Below are positions 39,401 through 50,135 of a stretch of DNA of 64,000 nt, piece after piece. This stretch comes from Bugula neritina (taxonomy: Eukaryota > Animalia > Bryozoa). The position numbers and the translations under genes were made by a program. The notes beneath the pieces are model-generated. The model was not told where the DNA came from. It did no database searches and saw nothing but the letters and a program-made list of their open reading frames with translations. The DNA lies in NCBI GenBank assembly GCA_964035545.1, contig OZ037765.1, positions 5,156,698 to 5,220,697 on the forward strand, given 5' to 3'. Numbering within the stretch: the first letter of the stretch is position 1; each line of letters begins with the position of its first letter.

Positions 39401-41934
39401 TCGAGGTACACTAGCAGTGTCTTCCAGTGGAGTCCACTGAGGACCTGTTCCATGAGCCGCTGGAACGTGGCGGGGGCGGAAGTCAGTCCGAAGGGGAGGA
39501 CTTTCCACTTCCATAAGCCGTCCCGCGTGATGAACGCCGCCTTCTCCTGGGCGTCTGGGCTGAGGGGGACCTGCCAATAGCCGCTCAACAAGTCTAGCGT
39601 ACTGAAGTACTTGCTGCCGGCTAAGGCGTCCAGAGATTCGTCGATCCTGGGTAAGGGGTAGGCGTCCTGTATGGTCACGCTATTGAGCTTGCGATAATCC
39701 ACACAGAACCGCCAACTGCCGTCTTTCTTTCGGACCAGAACGACCGGTGAACTCCACGTGCTATGCGCTGGTTCGATGAGGCCGCGGTCCAAAAGATCCC
39801 GGACTTGTTGGCTTACCTCTTTTTCCTTCTCGGGTCCCAGCCTCCTGGTGGGCTGCCGAATAGGGGTAGTCCCTGCAGCCAGCGGTATCTCATGACGGAC
39901 GGCCGTGGTCAGGCCGACGTCATGGTCCCCACTGCTGAACACGTCGCTATAATCACGTAGCAACTGAGCCATAGTCTGGCGTTCCACGTTGCCCGTGCAG
40001 CCGTTACACGCTGCCTGGTATAGCTCCTTGACGTGTGATGGGACGGTCCCCCGCCTAACTGACGGGCTCTGTTGGGGACCTTCCGTCGCAGCTCCCAGCG
40101 ACGGCCCTATATCCCCCTCCTGGATGGAGTGGAAGCGACCCAGTATGGATCCTGACGGTAATTGTACCGCTTCGGAGAAGGGGTTGACACACTGCACCAA
40201 GATCTCTCCTCGGTCAGTCAGCCGGTTAAGACTGCTGGCGAGTTGGATTCTAGAGTGCGCACTTTCGACAACCCCTAGCCCCGAGAGTTGGCTATTGTTC
40301 ACTCTGCAGTGAACGGTAGCCCGGGAGCGGCCGGGTATAGTACAGTTGCGTACTACCTGCACACCTCCCGCTAGAGGACGACCGAACTTGTCGACACAGG
40401 TGAGCTCTTTGCCGCCCATTAGCATGGCTGACTTGTTAAAGTCGATATGGCACCCGTGTCTCTTCAAGAACGGCATCCCTAGTATGGCATCTTCCTCCAG
40501 TGGGCTGATGACGAAGGTTTCCTGAATGGCTTGGTCGCGGACGCGCCCAGCCAATTCTATGATACCGTAGAAAGGAATCCGTGACCCGTCAGCTAGGGTG
40601 CCCGGTTCCCCGGTATAGGGAGCTAAGGCTCCCCTCTCCTTGAGAGGGAGGGTGTCGAAGACCCGACGACTGAGGATATTAGTGGTACACCCGGAGTCTA
40701 ACAGGAAGGTGACAGCTTTACCGGCCACCTTCCCTGGCAAGAAGTAGCTGCCTCCGTGAGGTTGTACCCGTATCCCCCCAGCGTGCTCGGTCTCGGCCGA
40801 ACGGGGCTGTGCCCGTTTGTTCCGCGGTTTGCGGGGCCGGTGAGAGTTTCCTTGCGGGGAGGTGTTCTGATCCTCCCCGATGCCCTGAGGGGCCTCGCTG
40901 GTCTGTTCCATTACTGGTAACGGACTGAAGCGGTTGGTGAGAGGCAGAGAGAAGGGGTCTCGTGGTCGACCTGGTTGGCTGGTACGGCGAGGTGTTTGCC
41001 ATTGACGGGGGGTGTGTCGCTGGGCCCGTACGGGCTCCTGGCGACACCCATCCCGTTTTTCTCTCTGTGTGTGTCCGCGGAGCTCTGGGGGTCTCCGGGG
41101 AGGTTTTGGTTTCTGCTGCCGTTTGAATCGTGGGCCGCTCAGGTGGCGGTGTCCCTGATTGCCGCTTTCCCAGCGTCGCATCATAGGTCTGGGGGGTTTT
41201 GCTGCCGTCCTCTTACTCTTCCTTGAGTGGTTGTATGTTATCGTCGCCACCAATTGTCCCAGTCTAGTCATCAAGCGGCTTATCTCTATCTCTATGGGGG
41301 TTTTAGTGGTCGCGGCAGCTATGCGGACCGGATGGTCTGGTTCCCTAGAGGGCTGGGGCGTGGCCTCCTCCGTCTTATAGAGTCGTTCGGCTCCAGCGTA
41401 GGCCTTGTTCTCTTGGATTGCAGCCTCAATGGTGGTCACTCCCTTGGCTTGTAACTGGTGGTGGAAGTCCAAAGAATTGAGAGACTGTACAAAGGCTTCG
41501 AATGTGTAGTGCCGTCTGTGTGTTTCTGGCAGATCGCTATACGCGGTCCGTGCCAGTCTCTGCACCAGAGTGGCGTGGTCAGAAAGCGGTGTACATGTCT
41601 TGCGGAGTAATCCTCGCAGTCTGGACTTGGCGACGGCAACGGGCATGCCAAAACGGGCCCGTAGTGTAGCAATGATCCCGTTTATGCTAGGCTTCCACCC
41701 GTACGGCTTGGCTTCTCCCGTCAGTGCCATCCGCAGTTTTGTAAGGGTTACTCTTGGCGGCCATCTTGCAATGGCGGCAGTTTCACGGAATTCTTGAACG
41801 AATTGTTCAATATCCTCGCGGCCTGTGAACACGGGAACCTCCAACGTGTTCCTATATACCTCCTCTCCAGCTCCGAGAGGGCCTATAATAATGTTCTGCT
41901 CACCTCCTTCCATTGAAGTTACTCCTTCGTCCAT
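36475..41934 (-). CDS. Gag-Pol polyprotein (1819 aa) of outer gypsy: Gag, protease, RT, RNase H, integrase
   Basis: Protease LLDSGC; RT LPFGL...YLDD; RNase H TDAS...ELLA...TDH...ADGLSR; integrase H-H-C-C and DLVG/SDQG/VERNN; GPY motif; Pro-rich tail; no internal stops. Confidence 0.96.
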   Translation of the reverse strand: MDEGVTSMEGGEQNIIIGPLGAGEEVYRNTLEVPVFTGREDIEQFVQEFRETAAIARWPPRVTLTKLRMALTGEAKPYGWKPSINGIIATLRARFGMPVAVAKSRLRGLLRKTCTPLSDHATLVQRLARTAYSDLPETHRRHYTFEAFVQSLNSLDFHHQLQAKGVTTIEAAIQENKAYAGAERLYKTEEATPQPSREPDHPVRIAAATTKTPIEIEISRLMTRLGQLVATITYNHSRKSKRTAAKPPRPMMRRWESGNQGHRHLSGPRFKRQQKPKPPRRPPELRGHTQREKRDGCRQEPVRAQRHTPRQWQTPRRTSQPGRPRDPFSLPLTNRFSPLPVMEQTSEAPQGIGEDQNTSPQGNSHRPRKPRNKRAQPRSAETEHAGGIRVQPHGGSYFLPGKVAGKAVTFLLDSGCTTNILSRRVFDTLPLKERGALAPYTGEPGTLADGSRIPFYGIIELAGRVRDQAIQETFVISPLEEDAILGMPFLKRHGCHIDFNKSAMLMGGKELTCVDKFGRPLAGGVQVVRNCTIPGRSRATVHCRVNNSQLSGLGVVESAHSRIQLASSLNRLTDRGEILVQCVNPFSEAVQLPSGSILGRFHSIQEGDIGPSLGAATEGPQQSPSVRRGTVPSHVKELYQAACNGCTGNVERQTMAQLLRDYSDVFSSGDHDVGLTTAVRHEIPLAAGTTPIRQPTRRLGPEKEKEVSQQVRDLLDRGLIEPAHSTWSSPVVLVRKKDGSWRFCVDYRKLNSVTIQDAYPLPRIDESLDALAGSKYFSTLDLLSGYWQVPLSPDAQEKAAFITRDGLWKWKVLPFGLTSAPATFQRLMEQVLSGLHWKTLLVYLDDVIVISPDFQTHVSRLREVFDRLRGANLKLKPSKCALLQPEVKYLGHIVGRHGVATDPEKVRAIEDWVTPQDLTGLRAFLGLVGYYRQYIPDFAGVAQPLNRLTAKGVTWQWTPVEQRAFDCLKGRLLEAPILAYPDPALEYILDTDASDQNVGAVLSQVQEGREVVVAYYSKSLSPTERNYCTTRKELLAVIKSVKHFRPYLYGRKFRLRTDHASLIWLCKRAEPSSQVARWLEVLAEFSYRIEHRPGKKHGNADGLSRRPDEGCKQCLNIEKRDGGPPKSELRALNHSETEYDWDQSQLLQKASTPPEAIQRLRANPVLADNVRELRRLQEDLPGVVADVYRAKKEGRRPSEEQLRHGCTELRLYCQRWDSLRIGPDGLLTITVAAHNNQYGRQRVICPAAIRRELVWDTHKQAHAGVSRVLSKLQLRWYWPGMEREVRRRVKQCEICQASKHGRLPGEAGRRRLYAGRPWQVVAIDLVGPMPVTPRGNSWILVLTDHFTRWADALAIPDASAPTVARVLDQNVFCYLGLPEQIHSDQGAQFQSQLLSDLCRLWGVNQSRTTPYHPQGNGVVERNNRMLGDALRSLLLGRGQEEWDTVLPQVMRAYRSTPHTSTGETPNLLMLGRETRVPDHLTYHIPEQDYTIHEYASKLIEDLRAAHEILRAKQWQVRREDSQEPPLYRTGDWVWMINYRRRRGQAAKLQPKFVGPYVVVEAMPNHTYKLERSGQVSVQNETRLKPYWASPGAAGAAPPLLEPRRQTVTRGRQRHGPEYEVVVPRGEDLVRQETPLPPTEVRPPPPVPSLPPPLPVPHPRPEVQNPPVGGAPSGDNSGEGNTITNGGPETPQVEQNSPPVSTPPQPTATTPSPADASPPLERGQRTRQPPAYLKDFICDRVTNGSYESLAGRRTEGLATKRGSCEHHGNLNFCEGGVVNKTTTPGANSSSRAQQPRCPVFSYADVVKGRRIQTQSTDIQA

Positions 41935-41995
41935 GATGTTCTAATACTTCTCATTGTTCTCATACAGTAGCTAGAAATCCCACTGCTGCCACCAC

Positions 41996-42266
41996 TGTAG
42001 TAATTTATGTAACTACTATGCGTGGGTTCCTAGCTTGTAATTATGTCTATTTATCTACACCAATAAAGTATTTAGGTAAAAGTTTCCAAGTTTATTTACT
42101 ACTAATTATATAAAAGATACCGCACGTACACCGATTAGAGATTACATCTTCGCTTAGTTAGCACGCTCTCTCTACTGCAAAACTACTACTAACTAAGGCC
42201 TATCACGTGACGCATTTTGATAGGCTGAAGGAATGTGGGGGACGCGCGTATTACGTCCTCACTACA
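41996..42266 (-). repeat. 5' LTR of outer gypsy
   Basis: Adjacent to the PBS; followed by TSD atac at 42267-42270. Confidence 0.95.
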
Positions 42267-43399
42267 ATACCACCACACCTTCTAACACACAATAAAGCAC
42301 ACCTAAGAAGAGTATGTTAACTTGGTTTTAAAATAAAACACCTGAACTTTCACTAGACACATCAAGGAAACATACCCCAAATGAAACAATTTGACAGGTT
42401 TAATATGTGTTAATCTAGAAGATGATTAAATATAAAGCCAGATGTTAGTTAGTACAATCAAACATAAATGGATACTTACGGTGGTGTACAATTTGCAAAA
42501 CCTCATTGCATTGATAATTAACAAGCAATAACGCTAGGTTTTTGAGCAAAATGTGGATGTAGTACCTGTAGACCTCAGTGATTAATTTTCGTTAACCTCT
42601 CCTACACAACTGGTGCTGTTTCTTGAAGACATTTTATTTCTGGATTTCATGAATTGGTTTTTTTAAATCCCATTGCTTATTGACAAAATACAAGTTCACA
42701 CAAGATAGATAAGGGCAACCTTCTAGCTGTCACTGCCTAATTGTGCTAGAATACAAATTTAAAAACCATGTTGTAGATCTTCCTGTTCCTCAGAGCACCT
42801 GCTTTTTCCAGTTTTCAATATTGTTTTGCAAAGTTATAGACAAAAAACTACTCATTTTGGCCAATTTTATCTGAAAAGTTTATTTTTCAAAATCTGCCAA
42901 ATATCTCAGCAAGAAAGTATGGTATTGAAATAGAACAAACACTGTCGGAAACCTGAGAAATTTATGCATAGCAGATTTTTTGATCCTTTCAATAACCTTC
43001 ATAGATTTTCTACAAATTAGTGATTTACACACAAAAATGAAATATTTTTTCCTTAGCAATCACCAATGCACAGCACTTCGCGCTTCAGTGAACACGTAAA
43101 GATGAGAAGATGGAATGTTGATAGCTCTTATTATTCATAGCGTAATCTCAGGCTAAACAATCACAAGTAGACAACCCGCATGCCACCCACATAGCATTAA
43201 CATAACAAGAACTTGAACTAGATTGTGAGCGAAATTTATGATATTCTCAGTGAGGATGCCCTAACTATCCTGTGCACTAATCATTTTTCAAAAATATGCC
43301 TATACGGGTGTATGGCCTAGAACAGTCTATTTTCTTCTAGGCCATACGGCGTATGGGACCGTATGGGTACCGCTACATCCCTGTGTATAGGTGTAGAAC

Positions 43400-43568
43400 G
43401 ATTTTAAGTAATAATGGCACAGGTAATAATGACACAAATGGAAAAGCTGATGTTAAATTTTGCCAAACCCTAAACCCAAACACCCATTCCAAACCCCCAC
43501 TCAAACCCTAAAGTTGAAAATTTGCCATTTTTATTTAGTTTGTCATTTGTGTCATTATTACCAGACAC
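43400..43568 (-). mobile_element. MITE-like repeat with (ggtaataatggcaca)-type subterminal repeats and a telomere-like core
   Basis: Inverted, shorter homolog of 45800-46110; class uncertain (Helentron/HINE-like or MITE). Confidence 0.55.
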
Positions 43569-43927
43569 GGAAAGGGGGGGGGGTTGTCTAACTGGACTGA
43601 AACCAATAATACAGCCTCCGGTTAAAGAGAAAGTAGTCAGAAAACAGCTTAATGTTGAAATGTGCATTCTTTTGCTTCTCATATTTACATTTAGTTAAAC
43701 ATCACTTGGAGATTATTAGAAGATTTCAAATCACATGACTCTGCTCTCGAGAGATATCGTTTGTAATGTGAAGAACCATGATGATTGGTCAGCTGACCAT
43801 CTACCAATAAAATTGATGGGCATAGATTAATCCAAGTTGGACCTTATGCTTTCTAACAATTGAGTCATTCTTAGCATAGATGCTGAAGAGAAGACATTTT
43901 TATAAAAGCTTGAAGTAAAACACAAAC

Positions 43928-46900
43928 ATGGCCCGCTATCATCTTATGGAGGTAAAACCTATAAACTACTTTATATAAATGCTAAAATAACAAGTTGTTG
44001 TACTTTTTTTGCTAAATATTTCTTGTTGAATTATTTTTTTGTAGTTCATTTTAACTCTGTTTAATTATATATTATAGTTTTACTTAGAAGCTGTATTGGG
44101 AGTGGTGCACAGTGTTATTTTTTAAGCTATTTTGTCTAATAAGAAAAATCTATTATAGGGGTAACAGGGGAGGGGGATCAACCGTCATGGGGGTACAAAA
44201 AGCCGGTCAAATTGTGAGAAAACTTATCGAGTTAGATTTGTGAATTTTTTTAATAAAAAGGTATTGACATAATTATTCAGCCATTGTAGTTTCAACACTT
44301 GCGGAGTATACGTGTTGAAGAGGCGAGGCAAACACTGTTTTTACCTACTTAATTTTGTAAATTTTTTAAGATGTCATTAAAGCTTTATAACTTTTTAAAT
44401 TTAAAGTCAAAGGCAACAAGCCTAGTTTTTACTGACAATGTTACCATTGCTTGTTTCTACATTGTCTAACTAGTATGATAGCAAATTCTAAAATAAATTT
44501 TCTTTGAGCCACATTTATTTTCAACTTGGCCACACGGGGAACAACAGGCCATGCTGATCGGGGCACGATGGGCCACCTGACCATAACAATTGTACCCTGA
44601 TCATAGTTATTAGTTTGTTTGCCCAAAAAGTTAGTTGAACTGTTAATAAAATTTATAGATATAGCCATTTATGACCTGCTTTTTGTAAAATATCAAAAAC
44701 ATCATTGTAAGACTACCAAACTGCAAGGTTAAGCTGCCCTAATATATACATCTGGTAGGGTTATATAGCTTTGCCATTTTATACATTATACAAAACACTT
44801 TACTGTTGCTATTAATGGATAGTCATGATATTTATTATACATTATATCATTGAGGAAATATACATGTATTTGACTAAAATAAATTGTGATTTGCTCAATT
44901 CCTCCCCCCCTCCCCTCCGCATTCCAGCCACAAACCTCAGCCACCTAGCTACAGATCATAGAAAAATTCCACCAAGAATTTTGTAGTACATGTTACTAAA
45001 GTTTTTTTTCGATGAAAGCTTCTGTGAAGTGGAAATATAAACAACATTTTTAGTTGTAAACAGCAATGATAATAGCACCATAGAAATGAGTGGTGGCACA
45101 AACTGTACAGCTAAAACATGATTTTTGCTGTAGATCTGAAAGAGCATTTTTATTTACTTGTGTATATTAAATAAATAAAGATCAGATACAGCAAAATTAG
45201 CAAAGTTTCAATATATTTGTTGTGTCCCACCCAGTGGCCCATTGTACCCAGGTACCGGGGCACAATGAGCCAGTTTTTTCGTCGTGAAAACTTCGTTATT
45301 CTGAAGGTTGTAAAAGGGATAAGAAACAACAAACTAATACCTATAATAGACAACTGATGTAACATTTAGACTAAAGATTATTGAACTAGTAACTTGAATA
45401 CAGACGAATAAGAGCAAGAAATTCAAAGTTTGGCCTATTTTGCCCCCACCTCCCCCCCCCCCAGTTACCTCTATTGAAAAATTAAAACGCACAGAATAAA
45501 AGCCTAATTGTTAGAAATACAAAATAATGCACATAAATAAACGACCAATTTTCTAAGTGAATTCAACTCACTTGTTATAAATACTAATTCAATTGGGTGT
45601 GGGCAGTAATTGAAATTGAATTATGAACTTATAAACTTAGAGTAAAAATTTCACAAAACAGCTTATCTACATTCAAGTTTTAATGTCTAGGATTATGATA
45701 GCGGTTTCAAAAAAAATAAAATGCTTTAATATGCAAGCCTAAAGACAAATCTATAAGTCTCTATGCACTGACAAATATTACATAGATATATTATGGTGGG
45801 TGTCCGGTAATAATGGCACAGGGAATAATGGCACAAAAAATAGCACAAATGGCAACGTAAGTAAAAATGGCCTATTTTCAATACTAGGGGTTGGAGTGGA
45901 ATTGTATTTTTAGGATTGGGGTTTAGGTTTGAGAATGGAGATTTGAGTTTTGGGTTTAAGGGTTAAGGATTTGAGTTTGGGGTTGAGGAAAATTATACAT
46001 CAGTGTGCTATTTTTTCTTACTTTTCCACTTGTGCCCTTATTACCTGTGCCATTTTTACCATGTCATTTTTACCTGAGCCATTTTTACCGATGCCATTTT
46101 TACCTAAAATCATTATGATGCCATTTAGATAAATTATGAAATGTTCAGCTTATAAACACAATCTAATTTTTCCATTTTTAAAATTATAATTAGAATTTTA
46201 AAGCATACTTGACTAAAAAAATAAAACCAGTATATTAAAAATCAATTTGTGAACTTTTTGACGCAATGCTACTAGCAAACTTTACATTTTGAGAAAGCAC
46301 AAGAAGTGCCGATAAAATATTTATTCAAAAAGTTAACCCTGAGAAGTTTTTTCAATTTGTAGCTCTACAACTTAAGTGCAGAACCTGATAGAAGATGCTT
46401 CCTGGATGAGCTTCTCCAATTTCTACTTAACCGAGGTAGACTAATATAATACACTTACTCAAAATGATTGTAGTAATTTGTAAATATATTTTGTAATTAT
46501 ATGAGCCAATGAAAGATACATTGTGTAAAGAAATATTATTACCAGAAACTTTGCTGCTGTAGCAATGAATGTATAATCATTATGTAATTTTTGGAGATGT
46601 GAATTGTTTTTGCTACTTATGCCAACAATTTTTAAGTTTTTATCTCTATTGTGTAAAGCAAGTATCATTTAGAAGCTATGACATTGAAAAATATCTTGTA
46701 GGCTAGAATTTGCTTCAACTCTTTCAACATGCAGATTAACCCCTAGACACACTTTGCCATAGGCTGAAATGTAAAATGTCAGCTATTTTAATGTGTCCGG
46801 GCTGAATTTCTCAAAAGGCGCTATTGAGTACGATCTATGACACTTCAATAAATTGAGTCGAATGTTTCCCTGTTCAATAGGAGCCCGACCCGCTTGATCC

Positions 46901-48778
46901 TGATGTACCATAGCACTGTACGAAAAGCTCAGAAATTTTTAAAAATGGCTGAAATTTCCTGCTACGACAAAGTGTGTCTAGGTGTTAGATGTTGACCCGT
47001 AAGTTTAATGTTATTTTATACATTCAGGGACCCCGATGCTCAGATCACCCATAATGGATGGAAAAATACTGGATTTATACAGACTGTACAAACTGGTGAT
47101 AGCCAGAAGAGGTATGGTTGAGGTTATTAGAAGAAAGCTGTGGAGAGAGATTGCCCGGCGTCTAGGTCTCTCTCCTTCTCTCACAAACTCGTCAACTACG
47201 CTAAGAGATCAGTATGTATGCGAGTTGTAAATTCTTTGGCTCTCTTTCTTACAGTATTACTCAGTTTAGGCAGATTATTCCTTTAGTATCAGCTGTCAGT
47301 TTATGTATAGAGAGATCTGAAACATAAAACAGTTACACTACTTTAGTTAAAAAGTAGTATGGAAGAAAATATCATGAACTAAAAATATTACACCATAGCT
47401 TTAGCTCTCTCCAACGGCTTAGTGAACCAAGCTTGAGTGGAATGAGTGCATATAATATTAGTTTAATGTCTCCAGATATATAATTATTACATAACTCATG
47501 GTGTAATAGTTTAAACAAATAAATTTACACTGTTAATGATTGTTATTTAGATATACCAAGTACCTGTATGAATTTGAAAAGGTGAAGCATAAGTTATCTA
47601 CTGACTCTGAGCTACAAGCAGCCATTGATAGGAACAAAAGAGATAGTAGAAGAGCAGAAGGTCAAATGTACCCAAGTCTGCCATTCTCTCTGGGTTTGTT
47701 ATTTTCATGATTAATCTATATAGTTCTTACAGCCAGGTAATAAATGCAGAAGTCTTTATAATTCTTTGCTTAGGTTACATAATTTTCTCACATTGGTTTG
47801 AGTAAAAATTTATCACTGTCACTTGCATTCAATATTTGCAGGTCTCACAAACAGGTATGGAGTTATGCCCCCAATGGCTGCTAACCCTTATGAAGTACTA
47901 CAACAACAGCGCATGCTTTCTATCCTAACTACACCTGCAATGAATGGCACTAGACTTGTTCCTGGTGGTACAATGCTTCCTACAGTTTCCCCCCAACTTA
48001 CCACACCATTAAATACCAGAAATACCAACTTCCCTCTGAATAAACGTAAGTGCTATAATATGTTTTACTATTACTGTTACAATGTTGATAAAATATATTT
48101 CCCTAATACATACTTTAGCTATCAAAATTATAACCTACAGCACAATTCTTTTAGTAAGTATAAACGGTTTTTTTAAAATATATGTAATACACTTTAATGT
48201 CACTATTCATACAATTTTCTTCTCCAAAGGAAGCAGGACACTGATTAATGGAAGTAATAGTCAAATGGACACTTATTGTGGACAGATGTGCTTCTAGTTG
48301 TCATTTGATTAATAGAAATTTCATTTGCTTTGATCTGCAATAATTAAAGGTACAGCTTTAAAGCTTTCCTTGTATTAATTAATAGTTCAAGAGTAAATGT
48401 TATAAAGCTACCTCATCTTTACAGATTTCAACAACCAGCGTTCCTCATTTCCAAGTTTAGCAGATCTCTTCCGAATTTACCAGACAGGGATGCAACCATC
48501 CAGCACCAACTTGTCTGACACAAATAGAGTCATAGCTCCTAAAAGGTTGAGGGAACAAGAACCTCTCCAAACAGGTATAAATACTACTATTAGTTCTTTA
48601 TTAGTTTAATTTATCCTCTGAATACATGACCACTGATATTGTATTATTTATTACTTGATTCAACTTGACAATACTGTACAGGTATGCTGATGTTTCAGGG
48701 AATAGAAATGATGACAGCACAATTACTGTGAAAAGACGAAGGAGAAATTCTTCAGAACCTGAGAATTCTTCCTCCTAG
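43928..48778 (+). CDS. ARID3: ARID3-like paralog, copy B (inverted relative to A)
   Basis: Exons 46363-46435 (73 nt, as in A), 47028-47211 (184 nt, as in A), 47551-~47693, 47842-48046, 48425-48574 and ~48699-48778. Putative first exon caaacATGGCCCGCTATCATCTTATGGAG|gt (43928-43951, phase 0, CCAAT boxes at ~43784/43804) is less certain. Confidence 0.72.
44155..45473. mobile_element. Non-autonomous TIR DNA transposon
   Basis: Ends ataggggtaacagggg... / ...ccccagttacctctat are inverted; internal gggcac(a/g)atg(g/a)gcca repeats; no ORF. Confidence 0.5.
45800..46110 (+). mobile_element. MITE-like repeat (same family as 43400-43568)
   Basis: Tandem ggtaataatggcaca units on the left, inverted tgccatttttacc units on the right, ggggtt/taggg-rich core. 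Confidence 0.55.
46740..46984. mobile_element. piggyBac-type MITE in ARID B intron
   Basis: TTAA|CCCCTAGACACACTTTG ... CAAAGTGTGTCTAGGTG|TTAG; a partial copy is carried in the inverted duplicate at 53834-54046. Confidence 0.7.
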
Positions 48779-49224
48779 ACCTCCTTCATGTATTGCAGAG
48801 CAAATGAAAGAAGAATTCAAGCACCTTATTCAATATTTTTAATATCAAAAACATGCATATACAATTCTCTCCGGATAACAGTAATTTATTGCTGTCGGAC
48901 AAATAACATGATCAGGCTTATGAAATAATATTTTTTTGAAGTTAATCTCAGCACATATGTTTTTATATTACCCTCCTAACAACTATTAACATATATAACT
49001 TTACTATATACATGTAATTCTATTCCAATAATGTGAGCAATACTTGAAGTTTTTGTAATTATTCCATATATTTCCTTTAACACTTTGATTTGATACAAAC
49101 ATATAAGTTTTTGATTTTAACTCTTGAGTGATTACGTAACATTTTAGTTTAATGTTTTTAAACTTATTCTACAGCATTCTAATAAATTGTAAATAAAACA
49201 AATTGTTTTTTGGAATCCCTAAGC

Positions 49225-49292
49225 CTCTGTAGCGTCTGCTTGCAAGCCAGAAGTCTGTGGTTCGAATCCAGGTGGGGGCAATTATTTTACAC
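49225..49292 (+). mobile_element. Truncated tRNA-derived SINE head
   Basis: gcttgcaagc...GGTTCGAATCCAGGTGGGGGCaattattttacac; similar to the 17250, 27831 and 28055 copies. Confidence 0.55.
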
Positions 49293-49916
49293 AAATATAT
49301 TTCATGGTTCAATACCATTAATTACTCATCCTTTCGTATTTCTCTTTCCATGTTCCTAATTTAGTCAAACTAAACAGATATCTTTAAATCCTGTTGTAGC
49401 TGTCATATACACATGTTCTTGCCAACAGAAGAAATAATGCCTAGTGTTGTTTTTTAATTATCTGCGATGCATAATACTTTCTTGGTCTGTGGATAAATTG
49501 GTATTCAGAATATAAAAGCACAATATTTTATATCATCTTCGAGACTAGGTCTAAACTACTACCCGCATATGTTGTGAGTTCAATTAGAACCTCTCTGGTA
49601 AAGCAAATAACAATTACCTAGCATCGCAAATGTAGAAAACTATTTGCAGGCTAGAACTCTGGAAAGTTTGTGCTAGTGCAGATCAAAGTAAACAGTAGAA
49701 GAACTGGTGGGGTACAAGAATTTCCATCTCAATAAGACAGGTAAAAACTTTTTATTTACATATAGCATAACGGGTAAACTCCAAGATTTGGTAACATTAC
49801 AACAAGTGTAGTGAAAAACTTGATACAACCGACTTATCACTACTCCAATATAGTTCCAACATTTTGCAAGATATTATATTTAGTAAAGCTACGTTCAATT
49901 CACACAGTATCTAAAG

Positions 49917-50135
49917 CAGGGGTGTCCAACCTGTTTGGAGCTAGGGCCACTAAAATGAAACATGGGGGATTACTTTGTAATATTTAGTTTGAGCTGGGGC
50001 CACAGCATTTTTCAAATTGCTTTATTCAAATTTCTTGAATTAGCACAGAATGAAGTTGAAATAATTACTTCAGGCTGGTGCTTTATAGCCTTAGCATTAG
50101 TATTATAGCTCTACGCTGCCTGTTGGACAGCCCTG
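49917..50135. mobile_element. hAT (Charlie-type) MITE
   Basis: TIRs CAGGGGTGTCCAAC / GTTGGACAGCCCTG; perfect 8-bp TSD ATCTAAAG. Confidence 0.85.

Larger units (their letters stand above)
30291..42266 (-). mobile_element. Full-length Ty3/gypsy LTR retrotransposon (outer)
   Basis: 271-bp TG...CA LTRs at 30291-30561 and 41996-42266, identical by eye; 4-bp TSD ATAC; PBS TGGTGGCAGCAGTGGGAT (tRNA-Leu-like) at ~41977-41994; G-rich PPT at ~30562-30572; intact gag-pol. Confidence 0.96.
29694..43383. mobile_element. Non-autonomous hAT DNA transposon (~1.7 kb of own sequence), interrupted by the gypsy nest
   Basis: TIRs CAGGGATGTAGTGG (29694) / CCGCTACATCCCTG (ends 43383); perfect 8-bp TSD TGTATAGG at 29686-29693 and 43384-43391; subterminal ttctaggccatac motif at both ends. 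Confidence 0.88.

Noticed and set aside
36481-41797. Many short plus-strand and alternative-frame ORFs inside gag-pol
   Set aside because: Expected shadow ORFs of GC-rich coding sequence; no domains recognised.
29850-43250. Transposase remnant within the hAT element's own sequence
   Set aside because: No recognisable transposase motifs in the ~1.7 kb outside the gypsy insertion.
45800-46110. CRISPR-like or true telomeric array
   Set aside because: Short degenerate 15-bp units without unique spacers in a eukaryotic context; a second dispersed copy indicates a TE.
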